Assembly: GCA_964035545.1 (NCBI GenBank)
Contig: OZ037769.1
Coordinates: 8,599,929 to 8,663,928 of the forward strand
Reading direction: 5' to 3'
Length of the DNA stretch: 64,000 nucleotides
Source of the DNA: Bugula neritina
Taxonomy: Eukaryota; Animalia; Bryozoa
How positions within the stretch are numbered: position 1 is the first letter of the stretch; each line of letters opens with the position of its first letter. The notes beneath the pieces were generated by a model. That model was not told the origin of the DNA. It was given only the letters and a program-made list of their open reading frames with translations, and made no database searches. Positions 36,401-51,400 of the stretch are shown here, piece after piece. Position numbers and translations under genes: made by a program.

Positions 36401-39400
36401 AAGACAGAACTTTATCATTTCCTGCGCTGCCGTCAAGTCCTGGTATTCAGCTGCAGACTCAGGACACTCTTTGAGTATCTGCTTGATAATGAGGGCGTAC
36501 TTGCCCATGCGCTGTACCGGCTTCAACAGATAGCTGGACAGATCCATCTTGTCACCCATACTTGTCTGTAGACTCTGCAACAATAGAATAGCACTGAGAT
36601 ATACACCAGTTAGCTAGTCTGAGATATACACCAGTGAGCTAGTCTGAGATATACACCAGTTAGCTAGTCTGAGATATACACCAGTTAGCTAGTCTGAGAT
36701 ATACACCAGTTAGCTAGTCTGAGATATACACCAGTGAGCTAGTCTGAGATATACACCAGTGAGCTAGTCTGAGATATACACCAGTTAGCTAGTCTGAGAT
36801 ATACACCAGTTAGCTAGTCTGAGATATACACCAGTGAGCTAGTCTGAGATATACACCAGTGAGCTAGTCTGAGATATACACCAGTTAGCTAGTCTGAGAT
36901 ATACACCAGTTAGCTAGTCTGAGATATACACCAGTGAGCTAGTCTGAGATATACACCAGTGAACTAGTCTGAGATATACACCAGTTAGCTAGTCTGAGAT
37001 ATACACCAGTTAGCTAGTCTGAGATATACACCAGTGAGCTAGTCTGAGATATACACCAGTTAGCTAGTCTGAGATATACACCAGTTAGCTAGTCTGAAAT
37101 ATACACCAGTTAGCTAGTCTGAGATATACACCAGTGAGCTAGTCTGAGATATACACCAGTTAGCTAGTCTGAGATATACACCAGTTAGCTAGTCTGAGAT
37201 ATACACCAGTTAGCTAGTCTGAGATATACACCAGTGAGCTAGTCTGAGATATACACCAGTGAGCTAGTCTGAGATATACACCAGTTAGCTAGTCTGAGAT
37301 ATACACCAGTTAGCTAGTCTGAGATATACACCAGTTAGCTAGTCTGAGATATTCACCAGTTAGCTAGTCTAAGATGTAGACTGAGTTCTAAAATAAGCTC
37401 ACAAAACAAAATGAGCAATTTATGGAATATTGTTTGCATCTCTGCTAATATAAGTTAAGGTTTTGTGAATATTTGCTAGTAATGAAACTGAGCAGCTCAG
37501 GCAACCAGCTGCATTTATATAACACATGAGAAATATACGACTCAAATTACTGACTACTTCAGCTCCTTAAAACTACATACAAACACAGACTGGAGTTTCA
37601 CGTTGCAATAAAAATAGTTGAACAGAAAAATTTTCTTGGATTGTATTACAACAATAGGAGTGCAATTAGACACTAAATTTAGTACTAGAGAAACTAACAA
37701 GCCATGAGGTATTTTAAATCATTGAATGCTGCTTTGATCTTTTGAACAATACGATGTGTAAGAGTGCTTTACGGCAAATTTTCTATTAAGTCAAAACGTT
37801 CTCAACGCAAATACTTTGGTAGAGTAACTTATTTATATCTACCAGTAATTTCTATAAGACAAAATATAACAGAGGTTGAAATAACGCATAAGCAAATTTA
37901 TTCCTCATCTTTACCATAGCAAAACATGTAAGCAAATTAATTTCTTATAATTCACTAGTGCATACGTACCCGAAAGAATAATGTCCCGTGATCAACCATA
38001 AGACTGTCTGATTTTGGTTTGTTTTTGTTGTAGAGAGCATACATCAGAAATTCCTTTTCCTGAAGTCACAGATAAAAATTAATAAAACACTGATCCTATA
38101 TCAACAAAAATATTACGCATTATTGTGAAAAAGTAAGGTTTTAAGCAAAACAAATATACAAAGAAATGGTGGGAGCTACTAAATTGAGATAAGAATGGAG
38201 ACATATTGGGGCTTAGTTGTATTAGTCACTGAATCATGCTACACTATCTAAACTGCTTCTTCTTGACTGCGTTATATGACTCATCATAGGTTATGTCATT
38301 AAAATATTTTCTCAAAGTTATAACTGCTTAGGGAAAGTCTCAAGCACTGGTGATAATTCCATAATTTAATTTCAAATGCTAAAATATGCATAACCTTGTC
38401 CGGTTGATAGAATTTTAGGTGATGAGCACTAAACTTTCTTATTGACTTTCTTTTGTGGCCTCACCAAGTAGAATTTCCTTGGTATGGTAATTAATCACTC
38501 ACTCATTCAGATATTGTTAAACAGACAGACACATAACCACAACTTTTACTTTCACTTACGTGCTCCAAGAAACATTGGCTGATTCTAAATGGTTCTTTAT
38601 CGCATTCTAGAAGCTCTTTCAAAAAGAAGTGATTATGAAAGTCGTAGATTTTCTCGATATTGCCAAAAATAATTCCCCTACTGCCTCTTAGAGTCTGGGG
38701 CACATCTTCTCTGTTCATTTCCGGAATGTATTTTTCTACAACTAACTTCAATGCCAGCACGTAGTCTTTCTCAGTCTGTATTAGTTCATTCATTATATGG
38801 GCGAGCGTACGTCTGCTACGAACTTCACTCTCAGTGAGTCTGAGATCAGACATGGATTGCCATTGGTGAGAACTGTTTTTCTGCAGAAGGTGTGTGTTCA
38901 CGGGAATGGGTGACCACTGAACGCTGCTGTTGGTATTTGTGTGAGTGTCATGGCTGTTTGATGACGAGGAAGAGGACTTGGTGAGAGCTCCGCTGTCCTC
39001 CGTCAGCACCTCGTGATCCTCATGGTAGCTGAATAAACAAATAATACATACCATTATAACACAATATGTTTTGCTATGTGGTATTCTATACCCTGTAATA
39101 TTTGTAAGCTCTAATAAAGATGATGTTGCATGAGACTTGAGATAGGGTTATAGCTTAGAGTTAGTTGTCTAGCAAGAAATACTCAATATTAATTCAAGTT
39201 GACATATAAAACTTGGAATTACGGGGCAACTGCTAATGATAAAATATTTGTAAGAAAAAAGTTAAAACTAAATATTTTCAGCACTAGCTTTAGCTCATCG
39301 AGCTACATTAACATGTTGGAATTTTACAACATACCCTTAATAATAAAATGTCAATACAATTTACTAGCTTGGTGTTTGACAACAAAGTTGTTTAAATATT

Positions 39401-42400
39401 GAATAAAAATTCATTAAAGAATTCTAAAGGAAGTTTTGCTTCTTTCACCTTTAGCTATCAGGTATATTAAGCAAACAAAAAATCTGTTTTTAGAAAATTT
39501 GAAATTTTCTGTATCTATTCTTTGCCGATAGCAGTTGCAGCATTTTATTTTATTTTTTAATTTTAAATTTATGTCTACTGGTTTCAAGTACAGCCATGGA
39601 AAGATTTACAACATCTCACAGGTGTTGTAGTATTAGGGTGGTTCTGAACTTGCCAAGACTACACATTCTAAGACCCACTTACCTCGTCAGACTGTCTGAG
39701 CTCCCTGTTATTACACTATCTCGTTGACTACTTTTGACTTTAGAAATTGCACTTCTAGGAGATTGGTCTATTCCCAGCTCTTCCAATTTTTCGACTACAC
39801 TTTTGCCGAGTTCTGCATGAGAATTACATGATGAGTCATCATCTACTGTGGCTAAACCCTCGTCTAGTTCAGACAAATTTTGTGAGAGGTGTTTTGTCAT
39901 TGTATCTGTCAGCTTGTTTGTATCTTTTGTAAGATTATTAAACTGTGGAAAAGTGTTTGGGGATGCAGTAAATCCAGCAAAGGATCGTCTTTTAATGACT
40001 GACTCTGCAGCATTTAGCTCTGATTTGATTGCTGTGACTGTATTAGTCTGCTTCTCACTGGATGATTGACTAAGAATGTCAGACTGGGATCCATTGGGGC
40101 TCAGCATATCTTCCTGGGAGGAGCTGGCCATGGTGTCTATAGACTCAGTTAAAGGGCTCTTGTAACTAGACTCGTCTACCAATCTAACACTGTTGTCTTC
40201 TGACTTTGTGCGAGTATGATTGGACGCTGACCTTACTGACAGCTTAGTAGCTTTGCTGACTCTTCTACTACCAGTGTTATTGTTAGTGTCATCACTAGGA
40301 GGTTTTGTGCTTTGCACCGATTGGTTTGATTTATTCTCATTCACTCCTGCTCGAGAGGTTGTGATCTGAGATGGTGAGTGAGTGTTGGGTTGGGGCAGCC
40401 AAATGTCTTCATTTTCTGTGTCAGCCAGCGACTTATTTGGCAGCTTTGTAAGAGGTGTGATATTGGTGTCTGCTGCCAGCTGCTCCAAAGATATCCTCCT
40501 GGCTTTTTGAGCTTCAACTTCTTCTTTGGCTTTTGTTATGGTTGTTTGTCTAACTTTGAGCACCTGTTTGGTCTCTTCACACCTCGCCTTGGCAATTTTA
40601 CATTGGTCAATGAGTCGTTTGTTACCCAAACCCCTGGCTTTAAATGAAGCTTCGTCAAATGTTTTTCTGTCTATCACTTTGTGACTTTTCATGAATGAGG
40701 CTAGATTTGCTGACAACTTTTGAACGCCATCTTCTGTGAGACATTCATCCATGTTCATGCTAGAGACAAATTTCATACTTTCCACTGCCCAGTCATATGC
40801 CTAAAACAGAGGATAATATAATATAGTGTTATCACACTGCCCTCACTATCCTAATAACTGCATAATGTTTTGATAAGGGCAGCTGAGCCTCATTTGAAAC
40901 GCAGATAACTTTTTACCCTCAAGATAAAGTTATTCAGTAATTAGCACAGATGGTAAATCACCACCAGTCTGAATGTTGGAACAACAATGCAAGAAATAGA
41001 CAGTAGTAAACACTAATAGGATAATGAAATCTGAATTTTTGTGGCTAATATGTGACAAATGAGTAAAAAAATAGTTGAATATTGATTAAAAACCTATTTT
41101 GGAGAAATAACTTAAGAATTAATAGTGTCGCAATATGTTTTGCTTGTGTCAGTGTAAGTTTCTTTCACAACCTGTACTATAAACACCAAGATAATATATT
41201 CAGAGAGCGGACCAAATCTAAGGAAAGTAAAAAATAGTTCTGATAATGCCAATATTCCATGGGCCTGAAATATGATGATACTGAGCCCTCAATGAGAAGT
41301 TAGAACCTCACATTCGGTTATCTCCTTTCATACTTCATTCAACAACTACAATCTTTAATAGAAGCAACAAACTTGATCAAAATCTCATTTCCACTTTTTA
41401 TAAAACTAACTTTTCAAATTCTGCACTTGACAGAAATGTGGCTTTCAGAAAAAGTTCTCAAGACCAAGTCATGATTCAGGTATATACATTAAAGTGAATT
41501 GTTTGTGGTTTATACCCATTGTCTATCACACTATCTATAGCATTGCTGGTCATTAGATCAAGATTGATCTAGCGTTACTCATTATGATAACCCTAAAGAT
41601 ATTGTAGAATAGCAACTTGTTGATGTCTCATAGATGCATAAATAAGCAAATATTAGGAGGGCAAATATCGGCACTTTCATCTTAAGACAAAAAGACAAGA
41701 AGTGGCTAGACATAGATGGCTTGCACTTAAACTTTTCTTCTATGCAAACTGTAAAAAGAAAACATGGCAGACAAACTAAAGTCAATAGTGGTGCAGCTGT
41801 TCAACTAGGCCGGAAGATGCACCATAGTTTCATCCTCTTTATCATGAGTTCTATGAAAGAGGAAATAAAACTTTACATTTCAGGTTTTATATTATTGTTT
41901 TGGGATTTTAGTATTATGATCATTCTGCTTTATGCTTAGACACATATGCTAGAGATTTATTAAGTGTTTTTCTAAGACAATGTAAGTTGTTATATCAAAT
42001 TATCAGTTTTTTATACGCCTGTGGATTTGCTATAAACTAATACAAATAAGTTCAATAACAAAATACAAAGCAGGTATTGAATTGATTTCAGGTCAAATAC
42101 TTGATATATTCACTACCTATACACACAAAAGAAGAATAATTCAAATGTTGAAAACAAGCAAATAGGCTTTATTGAAATAGTTTGTGCAATATTCTGATAG
42201 TGTAAGAAGACTTGAGTTTAATTTAGTGTAAGAAATAAATGAAAATCTCAACTGTCAAATTTGTAATGCAACATGCAGCTGCCAATCATGTACTGATGGC
42301 AAGCTAAGAGTTAGCATCACCAACGAAACAATATCACTCCATGTCATGCTGCCTTAAGAATCATCTCCATGTGTTGATGCTTTGAGAAAACATCACCAAC

Positions 42401-45400
42401 CTATATGGTGCTGCCTTGAAAAACATCACTAGTCCACCTGGTGCTGCCTTAAAAAAGCATCACTAGGTCATGTGGTGCTACCTTAGAGAGCAGTCACTGC
42501 TTCTGGCTCTCTTCCATACACAGAGACTCATATACAGATGGAGAGCCACAAGTGAAGAACAAACTACTCACAGTCAGCATCTTACCTCAGGGAAAGCGAG
42601 CTTCAGCAGCAATCTAATTCCTCAATACAGTCACACTGCAGGCAATCTGACAGAACCCAATGATCAGCTAGAAATAAGTACCCTCCTCTTCATACTAATA
42701 CACATCAACTACACACATCAACTAATGACGGGTAATGTGCACATCCACGTGACGGCCCTCAGGTAACTCATTGACTAATAAGAGTTGGGCCAATGAGATT
42801 ACTTTTATTATCAATAAGCCAATGAGATTGCTTCTTTTGTGAAACATGTGCAACAATAGTGATCTGAGTTTGCACTAAGGAGAATTCATTGCGAAGAATT
42901 CGTGGTTTCAGCTTTTTAGCAGGTCAGCTTTTTACTTCTCAGTTAGTTTGATGCAAGTCTTTCATTCAACAGTGAAAACTAGAAATTGATTCATTGACAA
43001 ATCCACCAGTTAACAAATCTGGAGAATGACTGATGTGTAACTCTTTAACAGATGTCGTTACAGTTCAGCTGAGTAGTACAGGCTTAGCAAATAAGTGAGA
43101 TGTTTCTTCATGCTGCATATCTAACTTCATGGCTGGAGTACAAACATTAATCTCACATAAAACATACACACAGTTCTTGCAATCACTAATTGCAGCACAT
43201 ATAATTGGCTTACTGGAATATGAGTGAGGTGGGTGAACTGCATGATGAAGCCATTTTTGTGGTCAAATGGGAGGATATGAATTTGTATCCTATGGAAGGG
43301 AATATGCAAAGCGAACAAATTTCAAGTTATATATCGATATCATGACTGCAAACTACAACCATTCATTTAAATAAACATCTTTGCTAAAAGTAAGCATTAA
43401 ACATTACGAGAACAATATTTCTGGTTCATTTTTATGCTATTGAATTACCTAGAAGTAAATATATGCAGTCAAGGATACCATCTGGATATCATCATATGAA
43501 TTTTAGTTTAACAGAAAGTAGTAATAGTTTATTTATATAATATCCACAGGCATTAAAGAATATAGAAGGATAATTAAATTTCAAACTGGTTTGATTACCT
43601 CTGCAGACTACCTGCAGCTGAATAAACAATGGGCTATAATATTCAAGTAAGCTGCAAATCAAGTATCATTAATCAGGAAATCAGCAGAAATATGAGCTAC
43701 CTAGATACGAGGTTGCAGCATGCCTCCTTCATTGGCAGGGGCAATGAACTAAGATTTCTAGTTCAGTGGGTAGGGCATCATGTTTAGGGCTGCTTCTAAT
43801 CGGCTGCTGCCAGCCACAAGCTTCGGACTTCCTATAGCTAATCTCAATGGATGGTGATAGATTTAGTTGTGTTACATGTACCCCTCGTTTGTGCATGAAA
43901 ACCCTGTTCTATAGTAAAATTTGATGATAATGGTGCCGAGTGTTTCTATAGCAACTACATTTCTGAAAAAAATATTCCCAGGCAAGGCACCCATCAAATG
44001 ACTCCCAATGCATCATGTTAAAATTTAAAACTAAATTATTGTACATGAACAAAAAACATTTAATTTTATTCATACTGCAGCTTTTAACAAGTCTAAAGGT
44101 GTAAATTCAAACACTTAAAATCCAGGGAAAAATTCAAACCACATAACATTTGGAGCAAAAAACTCAAAGACTGCATGCTTAGACACTTGAATTCACAAAA
44201 ACCTCTAGCCCAGAGTCCTTAGAGCCTAGGGGTCATATGCTCCATACTGCAATTAGTGCTGTATCATACACCTCAATTAACTTCATATGCTTTCATCAAA
44301 ATAGGTCTAATCTTTTGACTTACATTTAAAGTAACTGCAGACAAACTAAACTTTAAAATCAAATTATTTGCATATTTTATTTAAATTAAATACAGAGCCA
44401 GAGGGAATTCATGCTAGCAAATTAGGTCTGTTGCTTGAAGCAGTGTGTAAGACTCATATTTCTATATTAATGTGAATCAGCAGCTGGAGGCAAGTCTATC
44501 CTAGCAGTTAATGATCATCTCCCTGGTCTAGTGAGACCTTAATTACACTGTGATATAAAAAAGTAATTATATCCATTTGTTTCCCTTTTTGATACCTACA
44601 GGCAAAAAGTGCCAAAAAGAAGCAATTTCAATACACCTTGTCGTAAAACTGCTTCCACCTATAAGCTCTGCCTTGCTATTTATCAACTCTGCCTTGTTAT
44701 TTATACCCAACCAGCTACGAAATGAATTTTTTTCTGAAAGCATGCTTCAGCATACCGCTGCTATGAGGAGAGTTCTAGAAAACTGAAGGCATCAGTGGTC
44801 ATGATAAACAGAGTGTTGGATGGCTTAGTATAGTTCTGTTATGTCTCACAACCACCATGGCAAAGTGCGACGATGCAAACAGATCTTAATACAAGAACTC
44901 TGAGGACAAATCATGATGAATGGTAGACATGATTACCAATAATTTGAAATACCCTGGCAGGTTTAAGCCTGTAAGGTCACATGCCCACCTTTCAATGGTC
45001 AAATTTATTACTTTCTACATAGTTCCTGGACTATAGGGGACTATCCCAACTCTCAACAGTGTAATGCATGATACATGATATGACTTTGAAGAAAAATTAC
45101 GTTAACTTCAACTATTGTCGTTACCTACACACTAATTGTTATCAGTAGCACCAGTTTCACCAAAGACTAAACATTAGTATGAGTTCACTTACTAATTATT
45201 CAACTCATTATTATAATTACATAATAAAACATTCATTTATAAACTTAACAATGAAGTGCACTTGATTTGCTGGTACAGAATCTTAATGATAATTTAATTA
45301 TATTTATAAACTAATTAACTTAAGCTAGCTATAGATAACATATCTCATAGTTTTGCTTGAATGTAACTTTTCTTTTGTGATTATAATTGTTAAGAACACC

Positions 45401-48400
45401 TGATATAAGCAGTTGAATTGATCTGTCATTGAACACCATGCAGCAGATCAATGTTACACTGAATCAAAAGATGCCTTCAGCATTTGTGGCTATTGTTATT
45501 TTGCCGTCAATTACTCATTATATAACATAGAAAGTATAGACAGATAGACTGTTGTCACATTACCTCACATTCCTAGATGGTGACAAATCTATAGGATTGC
45601 TCCACTCAATATGACAAAAACATCAAGGAGTAGCCGAACAGATACAAGCCTACAGTAGCTGAATGTTACAAGAATAACAACTTGTATTTATACCATATTC
45701 ATTGATATTTCATAGGGAGCTCTTATTTCAATCTAAACTGATATTAATATGTAAAAGCAGTCTTCAAAGTTGTATCCAAGAATGATAATTACAATGTATT
45801 CTTGAGCACTGCCCTGAAATGCTATGACAAGTATTGCATATTATCACCAGGACACCTCCCATCTTTGACTACTGCACCTTAGATTATGTCAAACTGCCGA
45901 AAAACATTGTCCTTGCTTCGTTGTCCAGGAGATGAGCGTAGTACCACTTCAGTAGTGAACTTAGCTAGAACTGGCGTACAGACGGTTGCTACCATATGAT
46001 GCAGTATGTTAACACACCTCAGTGAGTTAATGCTTTGAGAAAAACTGACTTTGAAAACTTTTACAATTTCTCAAAAAAAAACATTTGACTTCGAAAAGGC
46101 AAGAAAAAAGTTTTTCAGATCTCAGCTTTGAGCATTGAGTGTAAGTTTAAACTACTGCAATGAAAGGGTGCATACAGGGCAGCCTGGAGTATATTATTAC
46201 AATACTGATAGTCAATAAGCAGCTGCATGTCCCATGGCATGTTGAAGAATTCTAGGCACAGAAACTTCTATGAAACAAGCTGATGAGCAAATTCAGCTTT
46301 TCAATATATTTTGATTAACAAATCTAAAAACATTGCCTAGATTCCAACTCTATTCGCAACACATTTTTATCCACTTTTCTAATGTCAACATTATTAAGTT
46401 AAGTCATATAATAATAATAATACTGGAATGGTTTGCACTGAGTTTAAATTCAACTTGATGACAAAATGAATGGTTTATTGATTTATTGATGGTAAACAAT
46501 TTTAGTAGTATTGACTTTTAGTACTGTAAATATGACATTGGGTTGTCAGACAACTGCTGATAAAGGCCAGTTGAAAATGCCAATGCTATCTCCACAGTAA
46601 ACCCACGCCTTTAAGGGAGCATTGATACTACAAACAGATATCCTATTATATTATACCTGGTCAAGAACTTTATAGCATTCATAGGTGTCTGTAACCAGCA
46701 GCTCCGTCTTGTCCAGAAATGTACTGAGAGAAGACAACTCTATGTCCAGTTTGGAGGAGAGCTGCTCTAGCCATGGTATAGGTGTCTCAACTTGACTAAG
46801 GACCACTTTGGATTCACTGAGCAGCTCATTTCCTTGCCTCAACAGTTTCTACAGAATAATATAAAGTATGGTATTTACTATATTAGTTGTGTTGAGCAGA
46901 TGTGTTTAATAAAGCTACTCACAAAGTGAGAATTATCAAGGTATTCTTGAAGTCGTCCTTAATTTTATTACAACAGTTGTTACAGTTGCAATACAGTTGT
47001 TTATATAAAATATTATACAAATAATATATCGTTATTAAATATGTTGAGCTGCATGAAAGGAGACGCTCATCGTGTTACTTTGTACACAAAATCTATTACT
47101 GCACAAGAAGTTTACTTGATGGTAAATCAGTAAAGTGCTTTTATACTCTATTATATAATTACCCCCCCCCCCACTCAACAAACAGACTTGCCTATAAATT
47201 ACTTCCCTGGTATAATTATTCTTGATATAACAGATATAATCAGTTTAAGCTTCTAAGGTATGTTATGCTTTATCCTAAATATCAACTATTTAATATACAG
47301 ATAGCACCTGTCAAAACAAATATTATTGCAATGCTTTACCTTTAAAAACTATACAATATACTATACTATGTATCGATGTGCTTATTTACTTAAATTATTA
47401 TACGTAATTAATTTTCCTAGAGCACATTTCTTTATCATGAATAATTTTGCTAATAACTTTAAATATGGTTAACTTGGTTAGTAATGAATTTTGCTGGATG
47501 TCATAAGGTCGATATATATTATTTGTTCATGGGGTTTTACTGCAATATAATATCATATTATACTCTTAGATTCCATACAACCAAATGAAATTATTTTTAT
47601 TGAATCTAATATACGTATGGACTTGCATAATATACTTGGGAGCATGTGCTAAAGAGAAATCTTTGAGCTCTAAGAGGACTACCAAGTGAAACCCTATAAG
47701 ATGGATCATTAGTTTTACCAGTTGAAACCATTTTAAGAGTATACAACTCTAAATTCGACTTGCCGATTATGTCATGCATGTCATACTTGTTGGTGAATAG
47801 ACAATTACACACTTTAAATAAACTTGGCATCATATCACTAATTAAGTATGCATGTATGAGGCAATCAATTAAAAACACTTCCAGGCTCAAAGCATAAGGC
47901 ATCCTCATTAGATCTCATTTTTGGACTGCACACATATAAAATGAGCTTTTTTCAAAGTTTGAGTGTTCAAACATAGGAGCTTTTAAAATAAACTATTTTG
48001 AATGTAAAGCCATAATAAAACAACTCTTGCTTCAACAAGCTTAAAGGGTCTACTGAAACTATGGTTGTTTGTGACCTAAAATAGCTGCTATACACATTGA
48101 CTAGTTGGAGTTATGATATCTTGCTGTCTAATGCTTGATGTAATTGATGTATATTTTCTTAACAACAAGATTGACTATAAGAACTCGAAATTACTGACAA
48201 TTTTTGTCTGCTTTCAGTAAATTTTGTATTTAAAGCATCATATTGGAACATTTACTTCCTTTTTAAATGAGAAAGTATTGATTTAGAAATAAGTACACCA
48301 TCACAAGGTGTTTGATGAAGTATAAGTGGACTTATACACTAAGGAAAGCACTGCTAGGCAACTTCATTCAACTATATTATTATTTTAAACTTTTTACAAA

Positions 48401-51400
48401 CTAGAATAAATAAAGTAAACATTTTATTTTTTAGCTTAGCATTTAGTCAAACAAGATTTGCTGTTTGTGTTGTACCAACTTTTAGACTGATTCCGGAAAA
48501 GGCCTTTCTGCAGATGATTTGCTATTTCTAATAAAGTTTTACAACAAAGTGATTGTCTTCTCTTGATTGTTGGTAAATTAGTCAAAATTCCCATTTTATT
48601 TTATTCTTGCCTAGTCAGCAAGATTGCCCCATCAGCCCTCTTTATCATCTACATCTTTATCAATAATTACTTACTATCCATAATTTTCAGTCAAACTTCA
48701 TTGAAGGCATTTAAAAGCATGAAAATAAACTGTAATTAGTGGGGAATAGATTACAAAGCTTTCTTTTTGTGTTGTTTTAAGTTTATTTTAGAGAATAAAG
48801 AAGGATCTGCATGATCACAGATCAATGAGAGCACAACTCAGACTCTGCTGCTTATACTTATACTTCAATATTTTTCAGCTATAAACTGGTTCTCAGAGCA
48901 TGCATTTAAATAACATTCAATTTATAACTAGCAATGAGTAAACAACAAATCATTGATTTGTTTTGCAGTTATAAAAAGTCTACCAACTACCATCAAGTTT
49001 ACAAAGTGCAAGATTTAACCTGGTATGCTGCATTGCAAAATTATTTCCATGCAGTGCATGTAGTAAAATAAACTGTTTACAATTCTTCAGCTATACTAGC
49101 TGTTACAGTATCATTGCGAAATAGTATTACAATATTATATGGTCGCCTATAGTTGCTAGCCTGGTCATGTGACAAAATCTGCTTATAGGCAAATAAGTCG
49201 TTTGGTACATTTGGCAGTGCAATGCTAACGTCATATATATTATTTTTAAAAGGGAATCTGAAAGAGCTTTCAAAGAGAACCAAGAAGTAAGTCTTAGTAA
49301 TTATTTTCATGCTCTAAAACTCAAAAAGAACAAGTTTAAATCTCTATACTTAATATATTTTTGTTGACAAAAAATAGGTTTACAATCTTTAAGCAGTCAG
49401 CAGTCAGTATTGTTAGTGCTGCCATGTCAACTGTTTTTCATATGCATGTAAATGTATTAGCTCTTTCCTATATGCATGTAAATTTATTAGCTCCTTTCTA
49501 ACTGCGGCTAGAGTTTCCCTCAGAATACTAGCTGAACCTAGATTACTGCTTTTACGCAAACCAACCAGCATAATAATATATTATTTTTAGTCAATTCTTC
49601 TATTTGTTTTGAGCAGAGAGCTCTACAGCTAATTTAGACAATTTAGAGAAAAATTAGTAAATATGGCTATATTGAACTAACATAACAGTGGAAATCTAGT
49701 CTTTATGTTTTGTTTGGAGAAGTTTCCCGTAGGTACAGTTAAGGTATAGCTAGAATTTTTGGTATAATTGTCTGCTCTCGCAAAAACTGATCATCATCAG
49801 TTTACTTTGTATAGAGCTGTAGACTTAGTACCACAGTTTGCTCAACCTGCTAGCTAATAGATGGCCACTTACTTGAACAGACTGTTTTATCTTGTTGAAG
49901 TTCTGGAACTGTACTTGGGCTGACTTCAAGTTATTGCTGATGACTCTGTGCTTGTGAATCAAGTCATGAGCTCTTCTTAACATGGCAAGAGTCTAAAATT
50001 AAAGACCAATTAGATACAATTGTCGACATGGATGTTATTTCTATTATATAATATAAAAGAAGCCAGGTACATTTTGGGAATTGTCTACTCACTTCTAATA
50101 CCTGTGACATTTAGAGGGGGTTTTATTCGAGGAAATATCAATTCAAAGAAAACATTTCAAATGGAGTCACAAGTTTTTATATATGAGAATGAAAGCTCTT
50201 GGGTTCATTATATCTAATTGAAAATGGTACTACGTGATAACGTAACGTCATAAGGCTAGCTACAGAGAAAACTGTGTCATATTGATACCAAAAAGCAAGT
50301 TGCAAGCTGCAGGTGCTCTCCTAGTTCTGAACAGCTTACCCAGTTGTCAACTGAACACAGTTACACACAATACTAATGAGGAATGAGGATGTAGCAACTG
50401 TAAGCTCAATACTTTTCTAGGTGTTGTAATACTGCAGCTGAATATCCAACTTCATAAAAATCTATTGCATCCAGCAAGTGTTGTGAGTGTATTATATAAT
50501 AACTTTATATCAGTAGGTCATTTGTCAAACTAGAGTTGAAACAAATTGGAATTCTCTTGAAATAGATCAAACCAATTGCTGTATGTTATTTCACAATTCA
50601 CACATAATTTAACTGCCTGTTTTATGGCAATAACTGGAATTATAAATGGTTAATCACTGAAATAGCCCTTATTTTTAAAATCATCTTCAAAGTTGACATA
50701 AACCAATTCATCTGGTTTTAGCAATAACTCTAGAACATAAATTTTGGTTATTGTAATTGTAAAAGCTAGCAAACGTGTTAATGCCATTATAATACTATTT
50801 TAGCTAAGCTCATATTTTTTGCTAAAAAGAAAAAGTGATGGCTAGAGAAATCAAAAAGTAGATTTGAATCCAGGTGCATGTATATGCAATCTATCACTTA
50901 ATCGCAATCTAATTCATAATTTAATTTGGCTACTGCAGCTGTTTAGCTAAGCTAGGAGAAAGAGATTTGCTTAAATTCATATAATTATAACATACACATT
51001 TATATATATATGAATACTTGTAAGTGTATAGATACGTACATATGCATACGCATATACATATAATCTATTACAATTTCATTCAGCTACCTACATAAAATGA
51101 TTATACCACAGACTCTACATGAGCATATTTACTGAATTATGTTGATTCATTTCTATGCAATTATATATTTAAGTCAGAAACAAAATATTAAGAAAAATAG
51201 GCTTGCAATGAACTAGATCGATATAATCAATATAATATTATATTTTCTTTAGCAACTTAAATGACAATAATTATTTAAAGCTGGTACAGTTCAAATATAT
51301 TAATAAATGCAACATTGTTTATTTAATGTATCAGCACCAATCTTAATTGAAATAAATAAAATTTACCTGAAAAAAATATTTATCGTTATCCTCCATTTCA

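Noticed and set aside
36594-37370. Regular repeats as a CRISPR array
   Set aside because: Head-to-tail units with no unique spacers, no cas genes, and a eukaryotic intron context. The same applies to the other arrays.
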